DNA of 41,984 nucleotides from Fibrobacteria bacterium (GCA_043745805.1 JAYTSD010000009.1:1-41984); one strand, 5' to 3'. Shown: positions 1-6,630, counted from the stretch's first letter. Program-made: numbers and translations. The notes: a model not told the origin generated them from the sequence alone.

Positions 1-59
1 GATACCACAAACCGTTTGAATTCTTCGGTAAAATTTCGCTGATTGACCAGTTCTTTCAT
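1..59 (-). CDS. 5' end of a hypothetical protein (MKELVNQRNFTEEFKRFVV...), first gene of putative cassette C; runs off the window
   Basis: Minus-strand ATG at 59 with GGAG (68-65) upstream. An in-frame alternative ATG lies at 83. It starts just after the minus-strand core GTTGTCC (96-90). Confidence 0.55.
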   Translation of the reverse strand, partial: MKELVNQRNFTEEFKRFVV

Positions 60-89
60 TATGTCTCCGAATTTTGTAAACATAATTCC

Positions 90-338
90 GGACAACACCG
101 TTGGCCCGATTTGCGAGGACGAGAACAAAGTGGGGCGCAAGCCCCCGGAGTGAATGTCCGCAGCAAGCAATGAAGATGGGGTGAGGCAAACTGACGTAGA
201 CCACAGGAGAAGACTTCAGAGAAAGTCAGTGCAGCCCGAACCCCAATCTGAATTGCCGGGCCAGCCCCAAAACCAATTTGGGCGAAGCCCCGGAGCGCGG
301 GTGGAAACCCGCGTGGAGCACCCTGGGCTGTGTTATAC
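90..338 (-). mobile_element. Long structured attC-like recombination site 1 (249 bp)
   Basis: Bounded by GGACAAC (90-96) and GTTATAC (332-338). Nested stems: TGGCCCG/CGGGCCA, ATGGGG/CCCC(A)AT, ACTGAC/GTCAGT, GGGC-GCAA-GCCC, GCGGGT-GGAA-ACCCGC. Shares GCAATGAAG, GACGTAGACC and CTGAATTGCCG with the site at 3676-3935. Confidence 0.75.
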
Positions 339-372
339 GCTGGTTTACCTCCCAGTTTTCTTGGGGGGTGGG
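332..372. repeat. Left terminal inverted-repeat arms of cassette B
   Basis: 332-351 GTTATACGCTGGTTTACCTC is the reverse complement of 3663-3682 at 18/20. 361-372 TTGGGGGGTGGG is the perfect reverse complement of 3594-3605. Confidence 0.9.
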
Positions 373-585
373 CTTGTCTTCTCTTCGCGCACCGGTTTTT
401 CCTGTTTTTGCATTACGGGGTTGGGTCCCCACTCTTACGAAATTGAAGTAATTACTTTCTTAAGGCATGGCGAAGGGCCGTAAGCATTTTGCCATGCGCA
501 CGTTTGTACCGCTTTTCTTTTCTTGTTGGCATAAGCAAAGAATGGTTATTTTTCTATAATTTAGGCCTTTTGAAGGCCATGGTAA

Positions 586-1695
586 ATGTTTCTTGATAAG
601 AACTGGTTGTCCAAGAAAACCAAACCCCAGGAAAAACAGGCTGGGAAAATAATTGGTATTGCAGATATTTTTTCTGGTTGCGGTGGGATGTCGCTTGGAG
701 CGATAGAGGCGTCAATGCTTCACAATCTTCGACCAAAGATTAAATTAGCCGTGGAAACAAACACCTACGCAAGTACGGTTTATAAAAACAACTTTTCTGA
801 TAAAATAAAAGCCTTATTAAATTCTAAAATTGAAACGATTATCGATTCCGATCCAGGCGAGCCGATTTCCAAAAAAGAAAAGCTCCTTAAAGCGAAAATC
901 GGAAAAATCCACATACTTCTTGCTGGCCCTCCTTGTCAGGGGCATTCACGTTTAAATAATTATACAAGATCTAATGACCCGCGAAACTCTTTGTATCTAA
1001 AAGCTGTGCGAATGGCAGAGATATTTAAGCCTGGTCTTGTAGTTATCGAAAATGTCGTTAATATTATTAAAGATAAAGATCGAGTAATTAACCAAAGTTC
1101 TTTGGCGCTTGAAAAAATTGGATACGAAGTAGAAAACTTAACTGTGCACCTTTCTAATTACGGAGTTGCCCAAAATCGAAAACGGCATATTCAAATTGCT
1201 ACTCTTAAAAGATTCAAAATTGACTTCTCTAACTATAAAGTAAAGTATGTTCTTTCTGATGTGATTTCGGATATTTTGGACGAATCTGTTCTTAAGGAGG
1301 GATTGTTTTTCTCTCCATCAAAAACCAAGCACCAAAACCGCATTGATTTTCTTTTCGAAAAAAATCTTTATGATTTACCAAACAGATTAAGACCCGATTG
1401 TCACAAAGATAAACATACCTACCCATCATGCTATGGCCGGTTAAATTGGAATAAACCATCTTCTACAATAACAAGAGGGTTTAGCACCATGGGACAAGGC
1501 AGGTTTTTACATCCCCTACGAAGAAGAACCTTAACTCCACATGAAGCGTGTAGAATTCAAGGCATACCAGATTATTTTGATTTTTCTAGTGTAGAAAAAA
1601 GAGGAGAGCTGCATCTGATGATCGCAAATGCGGTTCCACCAAGAATTATTGCCTGCATCATTGACCAATACATCAAAAATATTTTCAATAAATAA
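586..1695 (+). CDS. dcm: DNA (cytosine-5)-methyltransferase
   Basis: C5-MTase motifs in order: DIFSGCGG (I), GPPCQGHS (IV, catalytic PC), ENV (VI), QNRKR (VIII), RTLTPHEACRIQG (IX), IANAVPP (X). Confidence 0.95.
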   Translation: MFLDKNWLSKKTKPQEKQAGKIIGIADIFSGCGGMSLGAIEASMLHNLRPKIKLAVETNTYASTVYKNNFSDKIKALLNSKIETIIDSDPGEPISKKEKLLKAKIGKIHILLAGPPCQGHSRLNNYTRSNDPRNSLYLKAVRMAEIFKPGLVVIENVVNIIKDKDRVINQSSLALEKIGYEVENLTVHLSNYGVAQNRKRHIQIATLKRFKIDFSNYKVKYVLSDVISDILDESVLKEGLFFSPSKTKHQNRIDFLFEKNLYDLPNRLRPDCHKDKHTYPSCYGRLNWNKPSSTITRGFSTMGQGRFLHPLRRRTLTPHEACRIQGIPDYFDFSSVEKRGELHLMIANAVPPRIIACIIDQYIKNIFNK

Positions 1696-1705
1696 AGAGG
1701 TATAA

Positions 1706-2770
1706 ATGGCATCTGGAAAAAATATTTCCGCCGTCAGAAAAAAAGCCGCCGAAAAGCAGATCGTTGATAACATCAAGGTGTTTGACTACGATACTATTGA
1801 GTATCCGATCGAAGTAATTGTTGAAAAATATTCGACAGATTTAGAAGAAGAAGAGAATGACATTTATATCCCTGATTATCAAAGAGAATTTATTTGGAGC
1901 GAAAAACGCCGCTCCAAGTTTATCGAATCAATTTTGCTTGGCGTCCCCATTCCATATATATTTTTGGCCGACGTGGAAGGCCGCAAAGAAGTTGTCGACG
2001 GCTCACAACGAATTCGCACCTTAGATGTTTTTGTTAAGGACCAACACACAATTGAAAATTTAGATCGACTAACTGAGTTAAATGGATTCAAGTTTTCAGA
2101 CTTCGACCCTGTCAGGCAAAAAAGATTTCTTAATAAGAGCTTGAAAATGATTTTCTTATCGGAAAAAACAGATAGCATCGCTCGGCAAGATTTATTTGAA
2201 AGGATAAACACTGGTAGCGACGAGCTAAAACCGATGGAAGTCTTGAAAGGTAGTCAGGGAGGTAAATTTTACAGCTATCTTGAAGAGTGTAGTAAAAAGC
2301 CTTTGTTCAAAAAACTTTGTCCTATTAGCGACAAAACAAGTATTAGAGAAGAAGGTACTGAAAGAGCTTTAAGGTTTTTTGCATATTCAGAATCCTTGGA
2401 AGGCTATTCCGGAGTAGTAAGTGCTTTTATGGAAAAGTATATGAAAAAACGCTCAAGTAATTTTTCCACAACTGAGCGAAACAAGCTTGAGAAAAAATTC
2501 AACGATATGTTGGCCTTTGTAGATAGTCATTTTCCAAATGGTTTTAAGAAAAATAACAAAACTAAGTCAACTCCTAGGGTTCGTTTTGAGGCTATTTCAA
2601 TTGGTGTTTCCAAGGCATTGGAAAAAAAACCAAATTTGACTGTAACAAATGTTGATTGGCTTGAATCGGAGGAGTTTAAACATCACACTCGCTCAGATGC
2701 AGCTAATAATAAATCTAAACTTGAAGGACGAATTAATTTCGTAATGAACAAACTTTTGGGAAAAGTTTGA
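1706..2770 (+). CDS. DUF262 (GmrS/ParB-like) domain protein
   Basis: IPDYQREFIW, FIESILLGVPIP, VVDGSQR and FERIN motifs typical of DUF262. RBS AGAGG upstream. Confidence 0.9.
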   Translation: MASGKNISAVRKKAAEKQIVDNIKVFDYDTIEYPIEVIVEKYSTDLEEEENDIYIPDYQREFIWSEKRRSKFIESILLGVPIPYIFLADVEGRKEVVDGSQRIRTLDVFVKDQHTIENLDRLTELNGFKFSDFDPVRQKRFLNKSLKMIFLSEKTDSIARQDLFERINTGSDELKPMEVLKGSQGGKFYSYLEECSKKPLFKKLCPISDKTSIREEGTERALRFFAYSESLEGYSGVVSAFMEKYMKKRSSNFSTTERNKLEKKFNDMLAFVDSHFPNGFKKNNKTKSTPRVRFEAISIGVSKALEKKPNLTVTNVDWLESEEFKHHTRSDAANNKSKLEGRINFVMNKLLGKV

Positions 2771-3489
2771 TGAAATCAGTAATAGACGATTTTAATTTGA
2801 GAGCTAAGGAAATTGATATTTATTTTCAGTTCCTAAAAGATGTTGTTGACAAAGATTCGAAACTCAGAATATCGGACGGAAAAAAATGGCGCAAACAAAA
2901 ATTTCCGGACTCGGTTCAAAAAATTCTTAAGGCGAATTTATTTTTGCTCCTTTATAATTTGATTGAATCTTCTTTTACAAAATCTTTGGAGCATATTTGT
3001 AAAACTATCAATGATCACAATCTGATTTACCCTAAAACAATTCCCGAAATAAAAAAAATTTGGGTTAAAAAACAAGCGAAATATTTTGATCCGCCCAACA
3101 AGGGAGCTTCCCTCAGGAAAGAAGACCACTTTTTGGAGATGATTGATTCGATTTCAACTCAGGTTATTTCCATTCCATCTAGTCTGGATGATTCTGGTTA
3201 TGCTGGAAATATTGATGCAAAGAAAATACGTGAAATCGGAATGCTATATGGACTTTTCGTGACCAAGGAAGTGTTTCCTGTAAAAGGAAAGGAGCTTTTG
3301 TTGGTTAAAAACCGAAGAAATGCTTTAGCTCACGGAAATCAATCTTTTTCAGAATGCGGCAGAGACTATTCCATTAATCGTCTGGAAGAAATAAAAATTG
3401 ATTCGATTTCATATATGAAATTTATCCTAAACTCGTTTAAATTAAAGGTAAACAAGAAATATTTTCAGTCAAAAAGAGTTAAAAAGTGA
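2767..3489 (+). CDS. HEPN-domain protein (MAE_28990/MAE_18760-like), putative RNase effector
   Basis: LLLYNLIES N-terminal helix, GNID, and RNALAH (Rx4H) HEPN motif. Start overlaps the DUF262 stop. Confidence 0.85.
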   Translation: MMKSVIDDFNLRAKEIDIYFQFLKDVVDKDSKLRISDGKKWRKQKFPDSVQKILKANLFLLLYNLIESSFTKSLEHICKTINDHNLIYPKTIPEIKKIWVKKQAKYFDPPNKGASLRKEDHFLEMIDSISTQVISIPSSLDDSGYAGNIDAKKIREIGMLYGLFVTKEVFPVKGKELLLVKNRRNALAHGNQSFSECGRDYSINRLEEIKIDSISYMKFILNSFKLKVNKKYFQSKRVKK

Positions 3490-3593
3490 GATGAAAACCA
3501 ATTGGATTTCGAAAATGAATTACTTCATATGAATTCGAATTGATTCTTTCCGGTGAGCGTTTTTTCTTTCTTTTGGAATTCGCAATTCTCTTC

Positions 3594-3682
3594 CCCACCC
3601 CCCAACAAAATTCAGCTTTATAAAATTGTCGGGCAAACTGATAAGTTTGACCGGCAACATTTGAGGTAAACTTGCGTATAAC
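3594..3682. repeat. Right terminal inverted-repeat arms of cassette B with intervening hairpin
   Basis: CCCACCCCCCAA (3594-3605), hairpin TTGTCGGGCAAACT-GATA-AGTTTGACCGGCAA (3626-3657), CAACATTT (3655-3662), GAGGTAAACTTGCGTATAAC (3663-3682). Confidence 0.85.
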
Positions 3683-3935
3683 GTTCGCGCCAGTAGGAAG
3701 TGGGCTGCAAGGCCATTCTCGAAAGGTGAGGATGCGAATGAAGTGGTGCGCTATCGCACCCGAAATGAGCACCCGCAGCCTGCAATGAAGCTAACCTGAG
3801 AGCAAGCGGACGTAGACCTTTGTGAAGTTCGCGCCGCTCGAAGGTTAAGCTGAATTGCCGAGAAGGCCTTGCAGCCCATTTGCGAACCCGCAATGCGAAG
3901 CATGCCCGTGGGTTCCCTACTGGCGCTTGTTGCAC
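3676..3935 (-). mobile_element. Long structured attC-like recombination site 2 (260 bp)
   Basis: Bounded by GTATAAC (3676-3682) and GTTGCAC (3929-3935). Perfect stems GCGCCAGTAGG/CCTACTGGCGC (3687-3697/3916-3926) and TGGGCTGCAAGGCC/GGCCTTGCAGCCCA (3701-3714/3865-3878). Inner branched core is homologous to site 1. Confidence 0.85.
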
Positions 3936-3968
3936 GATCGTTTCGCATTTGCATTTATTTTAGGGGGG
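3929..3968. repeat. Left terminal inverted-repeat arms of cassette A
   Basis: GTTGCAC (3929-3935) vs GTGCAAC (5114-5120). TTTCGCATTT (3941-3950) vs AAATGCGAAA (5100-5109). ATTTATTTTAGGGGGG (3953-3968) vs CCCCCCTAAAATAAAT (5035-5050). All are perfect reverse complements. Confidence 0.9.
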
Positions 3969-3977
3969 TCTTCGAAT

Positions 3978-4976
3978 TTAATTGAAATCACCGGCAATTT
4001 CGACCTCGATGCGAGATAAGCTTCCTCTGATTCTCGGGCAAGGAAGGGACATTAAAATAGAGTCGATCATTAAGAATTTTTCTTTCGCGCCCGCAAACCT
4101 GACACAGTTCATTTTTTCCGAAAATAGTTTTAGTTTATTTGTTGGGAAAATGGAAAGCAAATTATTGGCGGTAAGAATTTCTATACCTTTTCCAAACTTT
4201 ATTTTTTGTGTGTTTCCAAATAAAATGATTTTTTCTTTCTCGGTTTTCAAGTATTGGATCATTGATTCATTCCGGATTAAATGGTACGAATCGGGATCAA
4301 CTGGAGATTTTCTACTCCAGTGCCCATCATTGTTATCACGGATATCCATCTGTTTCTCGCAGAGATTTAGTGCGTCATTTTCCCCCCAAGTTATAACCTC
4401 CATGTTTTTTAAGGAATAACCTTTTTCGTTGTCAATACGGTTTACACTGGGGATTTCCTTTTCTTGTCTTCCATTTTTATCCCACTCCGCAAATAAAATT
4501 TCAAATGGCGTACTTTTTATAATCCATTCAAAAAATGTTTCGAAAGAGAGTTTCGGAAGATCGTGTCCTCTTCTTTTGCTTCGCTCAATTATTTTTTGAA
4601 ACATTTTTTTGGCTTGAATTTGGAGTGGCTTCTCTCCGATTTTAGCAGCGTTTGCCTTGTTTTTTCGCTGTAGGGTCTTTTTCCGAATTGGGAGTGATTC
4701 AACGATAACCTTGATAATGCTTTCTTTTTCAAAGAAGTATGTAGGATCACGTGGGTCAAATTTGGTTTTAGTGATTTTGCAATATGCTGAACCCAGTGTT
4801 TCTACGTTTATCACTCTTAAAAATTTAACGAAATTGACCTCATCGTTGAAGTAGTCCATGTAATCGGATTTCGATTTTAAGAGGAGCGTGGAATTCTGTA
4901 TGCATCTTCCGTAGGTGATTTTTAACTCATCATTTTTCAGATCCTTGAATAATTGGTAGCATGAATATTGATTCAT
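3978..4976 (-). CDS. Hypothetical protein with central HNH-like (beta-beta-alpha) segment; cassette A gene
   Basis: PSVNRIDNEKGYSLKNMEVITWGEN resembles the SxDRID..GY...N....T..EN motif of phage HNH-type proteins. Start placed at MNQYSC (ATG 4976, AAGGA upstream) rather than the track's TTG at 5027. Confidence 0.6.
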   Translation of the reverse strand: MNQYSCYQLFKDLKNDELKITYGRCIQNSTLLLKSKSDYMDYFNDEVNFVKFLRVINVETLGSAYCKITKTKFDPRDPTYFFEKESIIKVIVESLPIRKKTLQRKNKANAAKIGEKPLQIQAKKMFQKIIERSKRRGHDLPKLSFETFFEWIIKSTPFEILFAEWDKNGRQEKEIPSVNRIDNEKGYSLKNMEVITWGENDALNLCEKQMDIRDNNDGHWSRKSPVDPDSYHLIRNESMIQYLKTEKEKIILFGNTQKIKFGKGIEILTANNLLSIFPTNKLKLFSEKMNCVRFAGAKEKFLMIDSILMSLPCPRIRGSLSRIEVEIAGDFN

Positions 4977-5034
4977 ATTCTTTTCCTTGCTTGAATTTTG
5001 TTTTAAAGTAGAAAAGGTAAGAATCAACTTTCTT

Positions 5035-5120
5035 CCCCCCTAAAATAAATCCAAACTCAACCTTGGCTTTTCGGCTGAAAGTCGGAAAGCCAACATTTTA
5101 AATGCGAAATGTTGTGCAAC
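5035..5120. repeat. Right terminal inverted-repeat arms of cassette A with intervening hairpin
   Basis: CCCCCCTAAAATAAAT (5035-5050), hairpin TTGGCTTTTCGGC-TGAAA-GTCGGAAAGCCAA (5063-5093), CAACATTT (5091-5098), AAATGCGAAA (5100-5109), GTGCAAC (5114-5120). Confidence 0.85.
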
Positions 5121-5132
5121 TCCTGCTTACGC
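5114..5132 (-). mobile_element. attI-like primary recombination site
   Basis: Minus strand reads GCGTAAG-CAGGA-GTTGCAC, a 7-5-7 layout like attI1 CCCTAAA-ACAAA-GTTRRRY. It lies immediately upstream of the divergent recombinase, and no long hairpin follows on the integrase side. Confidence 0.6.
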
Positions 5133-5140
5133 GCACCATA

Positions 5141-5169
5141 TTTACCAATAACATAAAAACAAGTATCTT
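5141..5169 (+). promoter_or_regulatory. Putative sigma70 promoter of the integrase (possibly leaderless mRNA)
   Basis: TTTACC (5141-5146), 17 nt spacer, TATCTT (5164-5169), then 7 nt to ATG 5177. No SD visible. Confidence 0.45.
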
Positions 5170-5176
5170 ACCCGTC

Positions 5177-6022
5177 ATGAAAGAAGACTTAATCCTATCC
5201 CTGACCCGCGAATTAAAGCGCCGAAATTACAGCCCACAAACCATAAAATCATATACTTCCGCTTTAAAGGACTATCAATCCTTTTACTTAGGCAATCCAT
5301 TAAATTATAGCGAAAAAGCAGTTCGCACTTTTTTGGAAAAACAACTCGAAAAAGGATTAGCGGCTACTACTGTCAACTTGCAAATGAACGCTTTAAAATT
5401 TTTCTATCGGGAAATCGCTCAAAATATCACAGCGATGGATAATATTAAATCGGCCAAGGAAGAGAAATCATTACCCGTCATTCTTTCCCAAAACGAAGTG
5501 CAAAAAATTTTAGAAGTTACCCTTAACCGAAAACATTATTTATTACTTGCTATTGCCTACGGAGCGGGTTTACGCGTTTCCGAAGTGGTAGCGTTAAAAG
5601 TGGGAGACATTGATTTTGAACGGAACTTAATAACGGTACGTCAAGGCAAAGGGATGAAGGATAGACAAACCTTATTGCCGTCTAATATTGTACCTGAGCT
5701 CACTCGGTTTTCACTAGGACGTAACACGCAAGAACCTTTATTCGAAAGTGAGCGCGGCGGGGCATTAAGTTTAAGGACTGCGCAAAAGGTTTTTGAGCAG
5801 GCTTGTGATAAAGCCAAAATCAAAAAACAAGCGAGCTTTCATACATTGCGTCACAGCTTTGCTACCCACCTTTTAGAGCAGGGAATCGACACCCGTTATG
5901 TGCAAGAATTATTAGGCCATGAAAACATCCGCACCACGCAATTGTACTTACATGTTACTAAGCATCACCTAAGCAAAATCGCTAGCCCTTTGAATTTTAT
6001 CGGATCAAAAAGCTTTGGCTAA
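5177..6022 (+). CDS. Tyrosine recombinase, integron-integrase-like, lacking the IntI-specific insertion
   Basis: N-terminal SAM-like domain (RRNYSPQTIKSY), LPVILS, and catalytic R (GLRVSE), K (GKGMKDR), HTLRH, LGH, Y (TTQLY). Start placed at MKEDL (281 aa). Confidence 0.92.
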   Translation: MKEDLILSLTRELKRRNYSPQTIKSYTSALKDYQSFYLGNPLNYSEKAVRTFLEKQLEKGLAATTVNLQMNALKFFYREIAQNITAMDNIKSAKEEKSLPVILSQNEVQKILEVTLNRKHYLLLAIAYGAGLRVSEVVALKVGDIDFERNLITVRQGKGMKDRQTLLPSNIVPELTRFSLGRNTQEPLFESERGGALSLRTAQKVFEQACDKAKIKKQASFHTLRHSFATHLLEQGIDTRYVQELLGHENIRTTQLYLHVTKHHLSKIASPLNFIGSKSFG

Positions 6023-6142
6023 TGGTGTCGGAGTTGGTTTCGCTAAAAAATCACTTTGATTGCCTTAAGAATTTTATTACATCCCTATAATATGAGCGCT
6101 TAAAAATCATGTTTTAGAGCGTTTAAAAAAGGAATAAATATT

Positions 6143-6589
6143 ATGCGCAATTTATTAGACTCAAAAGATAGAGAAGCCTTCATCCAACGTATTAAAAATT
6201 TAACCGCAGATCATCCCAGACAATGGGGTAAAATGACCATTGATCAAATGTTACATCATTTGAGTATGCCCATTAAAGTGGCCTTGGGTGAAATGACTAT
6301 GCCTGCCGATGGAAATGTTTTTCCACGATCTTTAATCAAGTGGATTATTTTAAGACTAAAAACATTTCCTCGTGGTAAAGCTCCAACGTCACCTGGAATG
6401 AAGGCGGAAGGCATTTTTGATTTTGAAATGAAGAAAGCAGAGTTAATTCGCTTAGTGGAAGACTTAGGAAAAAAAACGCAGTCTTCAAAATGGGGCAGTC
6501 ATCCCTTTTTCGGAAAAATGTCAGCGAAGCAATGGGGCCGATTATCCCATACTCATCTCAATCATCATCTCATGCAATTTAAAGCCTGA
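6143..6589 (+). CDS. DinB-like / DUF1569 family protein
   Basis: WGKMTIDQMLHHL, HPFFGKM and HLNHHLMQF motifs. AAGGA RBS. Confidence 0.85.
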   Translation: MRNLLDSKDREAFIQRIKNLTADHPRQWGKMTIDQMLHHLSMPIKVALGEMTMPADGNVFPRSLIKWIILRLKTFPRGKAPTSPGMKAEGIFDFEMKKAELIRLVEDLGKKTQSSKWGSHPFFGKMSAKQWGRLSHTHLNHHLMQFKA

Positions 6590-6630
6590 AAAACTAAGTA
6601 ACCTAAGTAATATTTGGAAAAGAGGACTTT

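Noticed and set aside
90-338. Structured sites read as tRNA, hammerhead ribozyme, riboswitch or group II intron domain
   Set aside because: No cloverleaf or T-loop, no CUGAnGA...GAAA core in the right geometry, no domain V AGC triad or RT gene recognised. An Rfam search is still needed to exclude this formally.
154-483. ORFs 154-483 (+) and 226-432 (-)
   Set aside because: They overlie the GC-rich structured site 1 and cassette-end repeats. No recognisable protein features; likely spurious.
465-497. Hairpin GCATGGCGAA...TTTGCCATGC upstream of dcm
   Set aside because: A real inverted repeat, but single-copy with no U-tract or counterpart in cassette A. No function can be supported.
3479-3954. 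ORFs 3479-3772, 3618-3935 and 3751-3954 (-)
   Set aside because: They overlie structured site 2. Conservation with site 1 is at the base-pairing level, not the codon level.
332-5120. Cassette-end inverted repeats read as IS/transposon TIRs
   Set aside because: No transposase inside and no flanking target duplications seen. The repeats end exactly at GTT cores adjoining the structured sites.
5102-5176. N-terminal extension of the integrase
   Set aside because: It runs through the attI-like site and cassette end. The domain begins at MKEDL.
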